A DNA stretch of 64,000 nt from contig JAVEZQ010000008.1 of NCBI GenBank assembly GCA_034002905.1, positions 10,206 to 74,205 of the forward strand. The letters are read 5' to 3'. Origin of the DNA: Alphaproteobacteria bacterium. GTDB lineage: Bacteria; Pseudomonadota; Alphaproteobacteria; UBA9219. Position 1 is the first letter of the stretch; the number at the start of each line of letters is the position of its first letter. A program made the translations under genes and the position numbers. The notes under the pieces were generated by a model. It made no database searches, was not told the origin of the DNA, and saw only the letters and a program-made list of their open reading frames with translations. Positions 9,136-19,335 of the stretch are shown here, piece by piece.

Positions 9136-9759
9136 ATGGTGAACGATCAGGCTATCCCCAAGGGACAGCAACGGCCTGATACTGTGGCATCATTGATCCG
9201 TCATCTGAAAAGTGTATTGCCAACCACAGAAACGATCTCTGTTGAAGAGTTTTTGTCGCTTGTTGGTGTGCACGGGTTCATTTTCTTTCTGCTTGTTCTG
9301 GCGGTTCTTAATCTTGTGATTTTTATGCTGCCGGGCGTTTCCATTGTTTTCGGCGTACCTATGACTATCTTCGCCGTCCAGATGCTCCTTGGGATTAAGG
9401 TTCCAATCTTTCCCAAATGGATTTGTCGAAAGAAAATATCGGTACGTGTCCTCAATACAGGACTGCCCAAGGCGTCGGAGTTTGTTGAAGTTATTGAGCG
9501 TTACATCCGTCCCCGCTGGCTTTTTTTAACGCAGGGGCCTATGCGTCGTATGCATGCCCTGTTGGCCCTTGTTTTAGCTTTGATGGTTGCTGTGCCCGTT
9601 CCTTTGTTGAATATCCCGCCGACACTTGGCATCATTTTTCTGGCAACAGGCCTCATGCAAAGAGACGGCGTTTTTGTTGCCATTGCTTTTTGTTTCGCTT
9701 TATGGAGTTTCCGTCTTTACGCGACATTGGGCGTGGTTGCCCAAAATCTTCTGGGATAA
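9136..9759 (+). CDS. exoD: ExoD-family membrane protein (exopolysaccharide synthesis ExoD-like)
   Basis: It is about 200 aa. A cytoplasmic N-terminus with EEFLSL is followed by hydrophobic hairpins containing LNLVIFMLPGVSIVFGVPM, the PRWLF motif and GLMQRDG (the LERDG-like ExoD signature). Confidence 0.7.
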   Translation: MVNDQAIPKGQQRPDTVASLIRHLKSVLPTTETISVEEFLSLVGVHGFIFFLLVLAVLNLVIFMLPGVSIVFGVPMTIFAVQMLLGIKVPIFPKWICRKKISVRVLNTGLPKASEFVEVIERYIRPRWLFLTQGPMRRMHALLALVLALMVAVPVPLLNIPPTLGIIFLATGLMQRDGVFVAIAFCFALWSFRLYATLGVVAQNLLG

Positions 9760-9769
9760 TGCTTAGCCG

Positions 9770-10396
9770 TTAACGCCACTTATCCTCTGGGTCAATGCTC
9801 TGTTCAGGGGGGCCTGCCAGAACTGTAAACATTTCATCGATTGATGAAACAACTTTATAAAGATTGAGATGGCCGGGGATAGCAAAGTGTTGATCAACAA
9901 TATGTTGGATCAGTTTAATCATAGGATCCCAATACCCGTTCACATTATAAAAGACCACTGGTTTTGTATGTAAGCCAAGCTGTTTCCAGGTCAGGATCTC
10001 GAAGGTTTCGTCAAGCGTGCCTAGTCCGCCAGGAAGAACCACAAAGGCATCCGCCTTTTCTGCCATCAGGTCCTTGCGCTTGTGCATAGAGTCCACGACG
10101 ATCATTTCAGTCAGGCCTGTATGCTGAACTTCGTGAGCTCGGATGTGTTCCGGGATGATGCCAATGACTTTGCCGCCGGCAGAAAGCGCTGAGTCGGCGA
10201 CAAGGCCCATCAGGCCGACATGTCCGCCACCATAGATTAGATTCATGCCGCTTTGGGCAATGGCTGCAGCAACATTGCGCGCCGTCTGCTTATAGACTTC
10301 ATCGACATGACTGGACGATCCGCAATAAATGCATATGTTGCCAAGCTTGATGGCGGAAGGATCTGTTTTTGCAAGTTCTGTGTACGGTTTAAGCAC
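9770..10396 (-). CDS. LOG-family protein (cytokinin riboside 5'-monophosphate phosphoribohydrolase / TIGR00730)
   Basis: It has IYGGGHVGLMG and the PGGLGTLDE ... GYWD motifs. Confidence 0.85.
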   Translation of the reverse strand: MLKPYTELAKTDPSAIKLGNICIYCGSSSHVDEVYKQTARNVAAAIAQSGMNLIYGGGHVGLMGLVADSALSAGGKVIGIIPEHIRAHEVQHTGLTEMIVVDSMHKRKDLMAEKADAFVVLPGGLGTLDETFEILTWKQLGLHTKPVVFYNVNGYWDPMIKLIQHIVDQHFAIPGHLNLYKVVSSIDEMFTVLAGPPEQSIDPEDKWR

Positions 10397-10424
10397 GATA
10401 TCTGTCCTTGGTATCTTTCCTAAA

Positions 10425-10931
10425 TTATGACAAGCACTCCCCGATGAGCTTCATATAGGGGCGGGCCGTTTGCATGAATTCAAGCAACGGCACAAAAAAG
10501 TAATTTGATGCCAGCGGTTTTGTAATCTCTTGACGGTAAAGGGCCACAATCCGCATTTCCTGATCAATACCGAACTTGACGTTAGGTAAAGCATAGGTGC
10601 TTTCAAGTATTCTGACAATGCAACGCCGTTGTGCAGGCTCATTCATTGAATAAGGCATATAGCCCAGAGTTGCCCATATAATCAACTGGTCTTTCGGGTT
10701 ATCCATAGGAACATGCCGTGCCTTGACGGGAATGCCCTCAACCTCGAACATAAGGTTACTGATTTGCGGCGTTTTTATTTTGCTAACATATTGATTAGTG
10801 TCCTTGAGAAGTGAAATATATTTTTCACTTTCTGCCGGATCTTCCAAAAAAGCCTGTAAAGCACCGGACGCAGTGCGTGGCTTAAGCGTTAAAAGCTCGG
10901 AAATCTGGAAAGGCATGAAAAGACCTTGCAA
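10425..10931 (-). CDS. Hypothetical cytoplasmic protein (possibly YbjN / T3SS-chaperone-like fold)
   Basis: It is a 168-aa ORF with normal codon composition and no diagnostic motif. Confidence 0.35.
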   Translation of the reverse strand: MQGLFMPFQISELLTLKPRTASGALQAFLEDPAESEKYISLLKDTNQYVSKIKTPQISNLMFEVEGIPVKARHVPMDNPKDQLIIWATLGYMPYSMNEPAQRRCIVRILESTYALPNVKFGIDQEMRIVALYRQEITKPLASNYFFVPLLEFMQTARPYMKLIGECLS

Positions 10932-11126
10932 AAAACAGTCACGAACTGGCAGCCTCTAATTATAAAACATGATCTTTAAGAGTTGTTTAAGAACCCCTTG
11001 TTTCGCCTACGATTTTATAAAAAGCAAGGTATAAAAGGATATGGATTTTGTTGTTTTCCAGCCTTTTCAAATGGCTGGGCATAGGGTAGGTTACAAGGTC
11101 TGAATTTGCCAAAAAGGGTTTAAACC

Positions 11127-11831
11127 ATGTTCATGAAAAGTAAAGGTCCCATTCACGAAGCTGGCTGGCCGTTTATCGCGATTGCTGCGCTTATAACGTT
11201 GTTCCTTGGCCTGATCTTTGGCCAGCTCGGCTTTATTTTTGGTTTGATCGTTACCGGGTGGGTTATCTATTTCTTTCGCGATCCAGCGCGTGTCACGCCT
11301 TCTAAGGATGGTCTGGTTGTTAGTCCTGCTGACGGTCGTATTCAAGCCATTGCTGATGTGGTGCCGGACAAGGATCTGGGCCTAGGGGATGAGCCGCGCA
11401 CGCGTGTCAGCATTTTTTTGAATGTGTTTGACGTGCATGTGAACCGTTCTCCTGTTTCGGGAACGGTGGCTTATGTGCATTACAGGCCTGGTAAGTTTGT
11501 CAACGCGTCGCTCGATAAAGCAAGCGTGGATAACGAGCGTAACGCGCTGGCCATCACCATGAAGGGTGAACACAAATATGCAGGTCAAAAGATTGGCGTG
11601 GTTCAGATTGCAGGGCTTATTGCGCGACGTATTCTCTGCCATGTCAAACCTGATGATGAATTGCTGGCGGGGCAACGCTTTGGCCTGATCCGCTTTGGGA
11701 GTCGTACAGATATCTATCTTCCGGCTGGTGTGAAGCCGCTTGTTTGCATCGGGCAGCGCGCCGTGGGGGGCGAGACGGTAATTGCCGATATGACAAGTGA
11801 CGAAATGCAGCGAGTAGGGGAGGTGCGCTGA
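11127..11831 (+). CDS. psd: Phosphatidylserine decarboxylase proenzyme (short alphaproteobacterial type)
   Basis: It has N-terminal TM helices and the LIRFGSRTD self-cleavage site (the G-S-T/R motif) near the C-terminus. Confidence 0.9.
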   Translation: MFMKSKGPIHEAGWPFIAIAALITLFLGLIFGQLGFIFGLIVTGWVIYFFRDPARVTPSKDGLVVSPADGRIQAIADVVPDKDLGLGDEPRTRVSIFLNVFDVHVNRSPVSGTVAYVHYRPGKFVNASLDKASVDNERNALAITMKGEHKYAGQKIGVVQIAGLIARRILCHVKPDDELLAGQRFGLIRFGSRTDIYLPAGVKPLVCIGQRAVGGETVIADMTSDEMQRVGEVR

Positions 11832-11832
11832 G

Positions 11833-12630
11833 ATGATTTCCATGCGACCCTTGAGAAAAGACGGCCGCCGCGCACCACGGGATTTACCCCTTACGCGCCT
11901 CTTGCCGAATATGCTCACCATGATGTCCTTCTTCGGGGGGCTGACAGCGGTGCGCTTTGCGATGCAGGAGCGGTGGGAAGCCGCCGCCCTTGCCATTGTG
12001 ATTGCCAGTATCTTTGACATTCTTGATGGACGTGTGGCCCGTATGCTCGGCGCGACCAGTAAGTTCGGGGCGGAGCTAGACTCTCTAGCCGATTTGACAA
12101 GTTTTGGTGTGGCGCCTGCGCTGGTTCTCTATTTATGGAATATGTCAGGTGCTGGCGGCAGTTTTGGCTGGGGTGCCGCGCTTGTTTTTGCCGCGTGTTC
12201 TGCTCTGCGTCTGGCGCGGTTTAATACGATGCTCGACGACGAAGACGCGCCGAAATGGACAAAAGGCTACTTTGTCGGTGTTCCCGCCCCTGCGGGTGCG
12301 GGGCTTGCGCTTTTGCCACTTTTCATCGTTCTGAGTTTTGGTGAAGAGTATCGCTTGATGCCACAACTTATGTCCGTTTGGCTGATTTTCGTAGGCGGGA
12401 TGATGGTTAGCCGCGTACCGACCTTGGCGATGAAAGGACGTCGCATTTCACCGCTTGCTGTGGCTCCGATTATGGTGGGCGTGTGCTTGCTCGTGGCCGG
12501 ATTATTTACGCAGACATGGTTGACGCTTTCGGTTTTGGGCAGCACTTACTTCCTGACGCTTCCCTATGGTGTCTGGAGCTATCGTCGTCGTGTGAAAAAG
12601 GAAAAAGATAGTGAAGGACAAGACGTATGA
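11833..12630 (+). CDS. pssA: CDP-diacylglycerol--serine O-phosphatidyltransferase
   Basis: It carries the CDP-alcohol phosphatidyltransferase motif DILDGRVAR...G...AELDSLADLTSFG. It starts 1 nt after the psd stop. Confidence 0.9.
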   Translation: MISMRPLRKDGRRAPRDLPLTRLLPNMLTMMSFFGGLTAVRFAMQERWEAAALAIVIASIFDILDGRVARMLGATSKFGAELDSLADLTSFGVAPALVLYLWNMSGAGGSFGWGAALVFAACSALRLARFNTMLDDEDAPKWTKGYFVGVPAPAGAGLALLPLFIVLSFGEEYRLMPQLMSVWLIFVGGMMVSRVPTLAMKGRRISPLAVAPIMVGVCLLVAGLFTQTWLTLSVLGSTYFLTLPYGVWSYRRRVKKEKDSEGQDV

Positions 12631-13472
12631 TCAAAATTGTTGAAGTTGCCTTGCCTAAGGGGGGCGCGATCCAGATTGCAAATGACAAGAAGCTTTCGAT
12701 CATAGCTGGACCGTGCCAGATGGAATCCCGTACGCAAGCGCTCGAGATGAGCGCGGCGATTGCGGAGATCGGGCGCAAGCTTGACGTCAATATGATTTTC
12801 AAGTCTTCGTTTGACAAGGCGAATCGAAGCTCAGTGAACACCCAGCGTGGCATCGGCCTCAAAGAAGCCTTGCCGATTTTTGCTGAGGTGCGGGCGACGA
12901 CAGGTTTACCAGTCTTGACTGATATTCATTCCGAAGATCAGTGTGCCCCCGTCGCCGAAGTGGTCGATGTCTTGCAAATCCCCGCTTTTCTATGCCGCCA
13001 GACGGATTTGTTGCTGGCTGCCGGGAAGACAGGCCGTGCGATTAATGTGAAGAAGGGCCAGTTTCTTGCGCCATGGGACATGAAAAATGTAGCCGTGAAG
13101 ATTGCCTCAACGGGCAATGAGAAGATTATGCTGTGTGAGCGTGGGGTCAGCTTTGGCTACAACACACTTGTGTCCGATATGCGCAGCCTGCCGATTATGG
13201 CCCAGACGGGTTATCCCGTTGTCTTTGATGCGACACATTCTGTCCAGCAACCGGGCGGGAAGGGCGACTGTAGCGGCGGTGAGCGTGAGTTTGTGCCCGT
13301 GCTTGCACGTGCAGCTGTTGCCGTCGGTGTCGCGGCAGTGTTCCTTGAAACGCATCCGGACCCTGATCATGCCCCATCTGATGGGCCGAATATGGTGCCG
13401 TTTAAAGCGTTCCCCGCGCTGATCGAAGAGCTTTTGGCTTATGATGCCTTGGCCAAGAGAACGTCTCTGTAA
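12627..13472 (+). CDS. kdsA: 3-deoxy-8-phosphooctulonate synthase (KDO8P synthase)
   Basis: LSIIAGPCQMES and KSSFDKANRSS match the DAHP/KDO8P synthase family. It is 281 aa. The ATG overlaps the pssA stop as ATGA. Confidence 0.95.
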   Translation: MIKIVEVALPKGGAIQIANDKKLSIIAGPCQMESRTQALEMSAAIAEIGRKLDVNMIFKSSFDKANRSSVNTQRGIGLKEALPIFAEVRATTGLPVLTDIHSEDQCAPVAEVVDVLQIPAFLCRQTDLLLAAGKTGRAINVKKGQFLAPWDMKNVAVKIASTGNEKIMLCERGVSFGYNTLVSDMRSLPIMAQTGYPVVFDATHSVQQPGGKGDCSGGEREFVPVLARAAVAVGVAAVFLETHPDPDHAPSDGPNMVPFKAFPALIEELLAYDALAKRTSL

Positions 13473-13475
13473 GAC

Positions 13476-15278
13476 TTATTCCTGAAGAGCGCCCCACAAC
13501 CCTTGTTCCCACGTTTGGCTAAGGCGCAAAGCCGAGAGTATCAAACCAACTTGGGAGTAAGTCTGTGGAAAGTTTCCCCATAGCTCCCCCGTTGTTGGGT
13601 CAATATCTTCGGAAAGGAGGCCGACATGGTTGCGTCGTTCGAGAATAGAATGGAAGAGTTCCAGGGCCTTCTCTCTTTGTCCTGTTGCAACCAGTGAATC
13701 GATGTACCAAAAGGCACAAACTGTGAAAGCCGTATGGGGAAGCCCAAAGTCATCGGCTTCGTCATAACGCATGATATAGCCATTGCGGAAAAGGCGTTTT
13801 TCAATCATGGAAAGTGTGTTGCGATAAATATTGCTGTCGGCAGAAATAAAGCCGATTTCGGGCAAGAGGAGAAGGGAGGCATCAGCTTCTCGTCCTTCAA
13901 AACTTCCAGTGATCCAGTTGTTTTCATGATCAAGAGCACGCGTTAAAATTTCTGTGCGTAGCGTTGATGCTTTAGCGAGCCAGACATTGCCTTCGTCTGC
14001 TAGGCCAACATGATGTGCGATGCGGCCAAGACTATGTATGGCAGCCCAACACATTGCAGCAGAAAAAGTGTGTGTTCGTTCACGGAATCTGTATTCCCAT
14101 ATACCGGCATCCGGTTTGAGCGCATTAGCCAAAGCCTGCTCACCGATCGGGCAGAGGAGGCGATACATGTCGATGCCTGCGGGCTTTTGAATGCGTTGAT
14201 CCCAGAACATCTGTGCGGCGGAAAGAATAACAGAGCCATAGACATCGTTCTGCTGCTGTGACACGGCAGCGTTTCCCACTCGCACTGGGCCCATGTCCCT
14301 GTATCCGACCAGAGAAGGGGCAAAAGCTTCATCTGGAAGAGGCTCGGCTGTGATCGAGTAGATTGGGCTTAGCGGCGCATCGCTTTTTGTAAGAACGTTA
14401 TCAAGTAAATAGTGAATAAAGCCTTCCATCGTTTGGGTTGCGCCCAGACGGTTTAACGCACTGACGGTGAACAGCGCATCACGAAGCCAGCAGTGTCGAT
14501 AGTCCCAATTACGCGTGCTTCCGGGGGCTTCGGGGATCGAGGTTGTTAAGGCGGCGACGATGGCTCCATTATCTTCATAACTGCAAAGTTTAAGCGTGAT
14601 GGCGGCACGAATGACGGCTTCCTGCCAATCAAAAGGTATGGCCAAACCGCGAACCCACTCCTGCCAATGATTGATTGTTTCTTCCATAAAACGCAAAACA
14701 ATGGTTTCGGGCCGTTCAGGAATGGGTTCATCGCTTGAGAGAATAAGGTTGACTGGACGGTTTAGGACAAACTCCGTTTCATTAAGCAAATAGGAAAGCG
14801 GCATATCGCTTGTTAGGCGTATAACGCTGTTTTCATCTGGGACAAAGCGAACATGATTGCTACCAGTTGTAATTTGAGTCTTACGTGCACCATATTCAAA
14901 GTGTGGTCTCACGCGAACTTTTATGCGGCAGGCACCTTGCAAGGGTTCGATACGGCGAATCAGCATAGGCGGACGAAACATGCGGCCAAAACGAATATGA
15001 CGCGGTGCAAAGTCGATCAAACGACATTTGTTTTGATTTGAGTCCTCAAGAATTGTTTCAACAACAGCCGTGTTGCGGATGTAGGCTTGCTTGGAGTCAC
15101 AAAAATCATGCACAAGGACGTCCATAAAACCTTGTTTAGGATCTGCCCCATTCAACAAGGAGCTGAATACCGGATCACCGTCAAATCTGGGGCGACAATG
15201 CCAAACATGTCTTCCTTTTTTGTCAATCATACTGCTGATAGCGCAGTTGCCGATGACAGCCAGATCGAGTGTGGACAT
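13476..15278 (-). CDS. Glycoside hydrolase family 15 protein (glucoamylase/trehalase-like)
   Basis: It has the N-terminal beta-sandwich start MSTLDLAVIGNCAISSMIDKKGRHVWHCRPRFD and an (alpha/alpha)6 catalytic region. It is 600 aa. Confidence 0.85.
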   Translation of the reverse strand: MSTLDLAVIGNCAISSMIDKKGRHVWHCRPRFDGDPVFSSLLNGADPKQGFMDVLVHDFCDSKQAYIRNTAVVETILEDSNQNKCRLIDFAPRHIRFGRMFRPPMLIRRIEPLQGACRIKVRVRPHFEYGARKTQITTGSNHVRFVPDENSVIRLTSDMPLSYLLNETEFVLNRPVNLILSSDEPIPERPETIVLRFMEETINHWQEWVRGLAIPFDWQEAVIRAAITLKLCSYEDNGAIVAALTTSIPEAPGSTRNWDYRHCWLRDALFTVSALNRLGATQTMEGFIHYLLDNVLTKSDAPLSPIYSITAEPLPDEAFAPSLVGYRDMGPVRVGNAAVSQQQNDVYGSVILSAAQMFWDQRIQKPAGIDMYRLLCPIGEQALANALKPDAGIWEYRFRERTHTFSAAMCWAAIHSLGRIAHHVGLADEGNVWLAKASTLRTEILTRALDHENNWITGSFEGREADASLLLLPEIGFISADSNIYRNTLSMIEKRLFRNGYIMRYDEADDFGLPHTAFTVCAFWYIDSLVATGQREKALELFHSILERRNHVGLLSEDIDPTTGELWGNFPQTYSQVGLILSALRLSQTWEQGLWGALQE

Positions 15279-15411
15279 CTACAACTCCATATACTTATAA
15301 GGCCCACAATTTTTTACGAGTTTTTTCCTCAATCGTCCAGTTTTAATGGACAAAGATAGTTCATTTTAAATAGTTTTCCAACTGTGCCGCTGTGACGAAA
15401 AAGGCAGTAAA

Positions 15412-16299
15412 TTAAGGTTCGGCTTTAGGCAAAGTGTTTGCTCTAGCCGGCCTCGTTCTTAAGCGCTTTCTTTCGATGATGGGAATCTCGTTATCAAACC
15501 ATCGCTGATATATCTCTTTTGCCGGAACATGGATGACATCGGCAGCACGCTTGTTGTTATGCATAAGCCACGCATCTACCATAATTGACCCAAGATTGTA
15601 ACCAAAGTCTGGTGGAAAATTTTTTCCTCCGAAGAAGAACTCACCGACATTGATATTTGTCGATTCGATCATGCCTTTTACTTTGGGAATATACGGCAAG
15701 ATGTTCTTCTCGAAATAGCCAAATACATATGGTTCGTAACGATAGAGCGCAGGCAAAGGAGTAAGCTGAATGTCACGATGCATAAAACAATTGGCGAGCC
15801 CCTCTTCGACAACGCGCTCTCCAACGGTTTTTGGATGTTTATGCACTCTAGAGCGGACGAGATGATAGAGTTCGTGCGCCACGACGCTGCCATATTCTTT
15901 AAAATGATTGTTTACAACGAGCGTAATCGTGCTTTGTGAAGAGTTTTCTCCCCTGATTTGATTTCCTCCCATTGATAGGGCAACGATATTCACATCTTCC
16001 AGATTGCGAAAGTTTTCGAACTGGTTTGCGATATCTTCAACGAGCTTGATTTCATTTTTGACAAAAGCGATGACTTCAGCCGTAAGTTCGTATTTCTCGT
16101 CAGGAAGGGCCCGCCCTTCTTCTGATTGTGACAGATAGCATTTGTATTGACTAACATCATGCAAGACATGAGGTGGGAGGATATCTGTTTCAGCAAAGAA
16201 ATGGACCATCATGACGGTATTTATATATTTTGGCACAATTACAGTATTATATATAATTCTATTCGATCTTATAAAACGAAAACGATTTAATACAACCAA
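15412..16299 (-). CDS. Putative zinc metallopeptidase-like protein (HExxH, gluzincin-like; DUF2268-like)
   Basis: VVAHELYHLV is followed about 18 aa later by EEGLANCF. The gene body has lower GC and both flanks are AT-rich. The true start is probably an internal Met near 16212. Confidence 0.45.
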   Translation of the reverse strand: MVVLNRFRFIRSNRIIYNTVIVPKYINTVMMVHFFAETDILPPHVLHDVSQYKCYLSQSEEGRALPDEKYELTAEVIAFVKNEIKLVEDIANQFENFRNLEDVNIVALSMGGNQIRGENSSQSTITLVVNNHFKEYGSVVAHELYHLVRSRVHKHPKTVGERVVEEGLANCFMHRDIQLTPLPALYRYEPYVFGYFEKNILPYIPKVKGMIESTNINVGEFFFGGKNFPPDFGYNLGSIMVDAWLMHNNKRAADVIHVPAKEIYQRWFDNEIPIIERKRLRTRPARANTLPKAEP

Positions 16300-16354
16300 T
16301 TAACCATAAGGGGTGCAGACCTCATTTGTCGGTTTAAGATATCTCGAAGGCTTT

Positions 16355-17161
16355 CTAAGCTTCCTGTGGTGTGCGAGATTGCGTTGCGGCCTGAGTGTGG
16401 GCCATCTTCCGGCGGGCTTTGTCGGCATAGAGTTTCATATCGGCTGAGACAAAGAGGGATTCAGCCGTATCTGTTTCCGTCACCATGGCAAAGCCAAAGC
16501 TGGCCTTGAGCGGTAGGCTTTGGGGCGCGTCGTGCATCACGCGTTTGTGAAAGACACGATCCAGATGATCGATCCGTTTCTTGGCATCCTTGGCGGAGAG
16601 ATGGGTCATCAGGATTGCAAACTCGTCACCGCCGATGCGTCCGACATAATCGGTGCCACGGACTTCGTTGAGAAGGACCGACGCAGCGGTTTGCAAATAG
16701 CCATCGCCGACCATATGACCGAATTGGTCGTTGACTTGCTTGAAGTCATCAAGGTCGATCAAGATCAAGAGCGCCCCGTGATTACGAAAACGCCGAGCGT
16801 TGGCCAATTCGCGGCGCAAGGCTGCTGTGAAACCGCGTCGATTAAGAAGGCCTGTCAACTCATCGCATTGTGCAAGTTTTTCAAGGGAACGAATGCGTTG
16901 TTCCTGTTCGGCAATCGTGCGTTGGGCGTCTTCCAGCAAAGACAATGCTTGCTCTTTGTCTGAGGTTAAAAGCGTCGGAGTCAGTGAGCGCTTGGCCTCA
17001 ATAGGTGCAAAGGCATAAGCGTTCAGCGCGTTGCTGTAACCGCCCGGTAGCGGAAAGCGTGGCGTTTGTTGCTCGCGACGGTCTGTGTTTGTCAAACTAG
17101 GCATGGAGAACTCCCCAAGAAGAAACATATGCTCAAAGGAGATATGCAAGCTTTGGGCCAA
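16355..17161 (-). CDS. GGDEF-domain diguanylate cyclase with an N-terminal coiled coil
   Basis: It has an RIGGDEF active site, and an inhibitory-site-like RxxD lies upstream (RRFRNHGALL..DLDDF). Confidence 0.85.
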   Translation of the reverse strand: MAQSLHISFEHMFLLGEFSMPSLTNTDRREQQTPRFPLPGGYSNALNAYAFAPIEAKRSLTPTLLTSDKEQALSLLEDAQRTIAEQEQRIRSLEKLAQCDELTGLLNRRGFTAALRRELANARRFRNHGALLILIDLDDFKQVNDQFGHMVGDGYLQTAASVLLNEVRGTDYVGRIGGDEFAILMTHLSAKDAKKRIDHLDRVFHKRVMHDAPQSLPLKASFGFAMVTETDTAESLFVSADMKLYADKARRKMAHTQAATQSRTPQEA

Positions 17162-17354
17162 AAGTGGAAATAGATTAACCTATTGATATATATATGTAAT
17201 ATCAGGTTCACTTTTCTGGGTTCTGGAGAAGGGATATTTTTTCCTAGTAACTTTTAGACAAAAGAAATCGTAAGGTAAGCTGCTGCTTGTTTTGGGGATG
17301 CGGTCTATTCTATGGTGGACAGGAAGCTTAATGCGTTGAAACAGGATTCGGACA

Positions 17355-18236
17355 GTGATGATGATTGGAAAGAAAGTTCCCCATTTTTGCAGCTTTGTTG
17401 GCCTTGTCATGATAGCAGCTCTTTTTTTGCCATCATGCGCTTGGGCGGCACTTGAGGGGGCTTCCGCGCCCGCTCGAATTGTTCCTCACAAAGCCTATTA
17501 CAAGTTGGTGATGGGATCAAAAACCAATAGCAGCGCCTTGGACGATGTCACGGGAACTATTCTGTTTGATTGGCAGAACAGCTGCGATGGATGGACCTCA
17601 CAGCAATATATCAGCTTTGCTTTTAGCTATGCCGACGGGACCCAAGCTCAGATCAAAAGTACAATGATGTCGTGGGAGTCCATGGACGGCAAGGATATGA
17701 CGTTCTACATCAAGCGCCAAAGTGATGCGGATGAAGAAGAAAATTATAAGGGCAAGGCACATATGGACGAACAGGGGGGTGTCGTCAAGTTTTCGATGCC
17801 TGAAAATACACCGGACTTAACCCTTCCCAAAGACACGATGTACCCGACCAATCATACATTTATGATCCTTCAAAAGGCTTTGGCAGGGGAAAAGATGTTT
17901 ACTCGTCGCGTCTATGACGGATCACAGGCAAAGGATGTTGACGAGGTCAGTGTTTTTATCGCGCCGGAACTCAAAGAGATTGATAAAGATATTCAGGAAA
18001 AGTACAAAGGTAACGGCTTGATTGGCGGGCGGGCGTGGCCTGTGCGGCTGGCCTTTTACAGGGCTGCGGATCAAACAAGTGCGCCAGACTATGAGATGGA
18101 AATGGAAATGCAGGAAAATGGCGTGGTTCGTAAGGTCAAGATCGAATATCCAGACTTCACTATTACTGGATCGCTAGACAAACTGGAGCCAAATGAAACC
18201 CTTTCTTGCGGAGCCAAAAACGGCGGCACACCGTGA
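17355..18236 (+). CDS. Periplasmic protein of unknown function (possibly DUF1849/EipB-like)
   Basis: It has a signal peptide (LFLPSCAWAALEGA) and is about 290 aa. Proteins of this size and position are conserved in Alphaproteobacteria, but I cannot confirm the family assignment. Confidence 0.35.
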   Translation: MMMIGKKVPHFCSFVGLVMIAALFLPSCAWAALEGASAPARIVPHKAYYKLVMGSKTNSSALDDVTGTILFDWQNSCDGWTSQQYISFAFSYADGTQAQIKSTMMSWESMDGKDMTFYIKRQSDADEEENYKGKAHMDEQGGVVKFSMPENTPDLTLPKDTMYPTNHTFMILQKALAGEKMFTRRVYDGSQAKDVDEVSVFIAPELKEIDKDIQEKYKGNGLIGGRAWPVRLAFYRAADQTSAPDYEMEMEMQENGVVRKVKIEYPDFTITGSLDKLEPNETLSCGAKNGGTP

Positions 18237-18892
18237 TCATTCTTTCGATTGATAGCGCATCCGTCGGATGCGCCGTTTGCGTGTGGCAGGATGGCGCCCT
18301 GTTGAGTCTGCGAAACGAGACGATGCAGCGTGGACAGGATGCACGCCTGATCCCCCTTGTTCAGGAAGCGATGACGCAAGCCTCTGTTGGTTTTTCTCAG
18401 CTTGACCGTATGGCTGTGACACGCGGGCCGGGCAGTTTCACGGGCTTGCGCATTGGCCTTGCTGCCGCGCGAGGGTTGGGGCTTGCTGCCAAGAAACCTG
18501 TCATAGGGATCGATCGTTTTGCGATCTTTCGGCATCTTTATGCGCAGGAAACTCGACCCCTTGTCGTTATTCTGGAGTCCCGTCGGCTTGAGCTTTATGT
18601 GCAAATGTTTGATGGTGCTATGCCCGTTTCAAGGCCTGTCATGTTGCCGCCGAAAGAGATCGAGACTTTACTCAAAGAAAAGCCAGAGGCCGTTGTCGTT
18701 GGAGACGCAGCAGAGTCTCTTGCGGCAATTTCCATTGCCCCAGAGCGTTTTCTGCCGCAACAGGGCCAAGAAGTTGTGGCCTGTGCGGAGTTGGCTCAAC
18801 AGGTGGCTGATTTGTGTGATCCAGCGTTTCTGCCGCGTCCCCTTTATCTTCGCGCGCCGGATGTCACGTTTCCAAAGACAAAAGAGGGCTAA
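18233..18892 (+). CDS. tsaB: tRNA threonylcarbamoyladenosine biosynthesis protein TsaB (YeaZ)
   Basis: It has ILSIDSAS and the RGPGSFTGLRIG motif, and sits directly upstream of rimI. A GTG start at 18233 overlaps the upstream stop as GTGA; the ORF track offers an alternative TTG at 18206. Confidence 0.8.
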   Translation: MIILSIDSASVGCAVCVWQDGALLSLRNETMQRGQDARLIPLVQEAMTQASVGFSQLDRMAVTRGPGSFTGLRIGLAAARGLGLAAKKPVIGIDRFAIFRHLYAQETRPLVVILESRRLELYVQMFDGAMPVSRPVMLPPKEIETLLKEKPEAVVVGDAAESLAAISIAPERFLPQQGQEVVACAELAQQVADLCDPAFLPRPLYLRAPDVTFPKTKEG

Positions 18893-18894
18893 GC

Positions 18895-19335
18895 ATGGTG
18901 CCCTATCGTCTGAGTATGGATGAATTGGATAAGGTCTGTGGGCTTCATCGTGCTTGTTTTAGGACTGAATCATGGAGCCGCGCACAGCTTGCGGCAAGTT
19001 TGGAGTCTTCTTCGGTTGAAGGTTGGGGCTTGCGACTTGAGAAAGAAAGTGTTGGCTTCATTCTGGTGCAACAAGCTGGAGACGATGTCGAGGTCCTCAC
19101 TTTGGCCGTCGATCCCGCGCATCGGCGTAAAGGGATTGCGCGAGGCCTTCTGTCCTTTGCCCGCAATCGTTATCCAAAGGCGCCTTTCTTTCTTGAGGTT
19201 GCCGAAGATAATATGGGAGCCCGCGCTTTGTATGAATCGTGCGGTTATCATCTAATTGGGCGGAGAAAGGGATATTATCGGCGCGTGGGCGGCTCGGCCG
19301 ACGCGTTGAATTATCGATTAGATACAAATGGTTAA
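18895..19335 (+). CDS. rimI: Ribosomal-protein-alanine N-acetyltransferase (GNAT)
   Basis: It has a GNAT fold with RRKGIARGLL and an acetyl-CoA site. It forms the conserved tsaB-rimI pair. Confidence 0.85.
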   Translation: MVPYRLSMDELDKVCGLHRACFRTESWSRAQLAASLESSSVEGWGLRLEKESVGFILVQQAGDDVEVLTLAVDPAHRRKGIARGLLSFARNRYPKAPFFLEVAEDNMGARALYESCGYHLIGRRKGYYRRVGGSADALNYRLDTNG

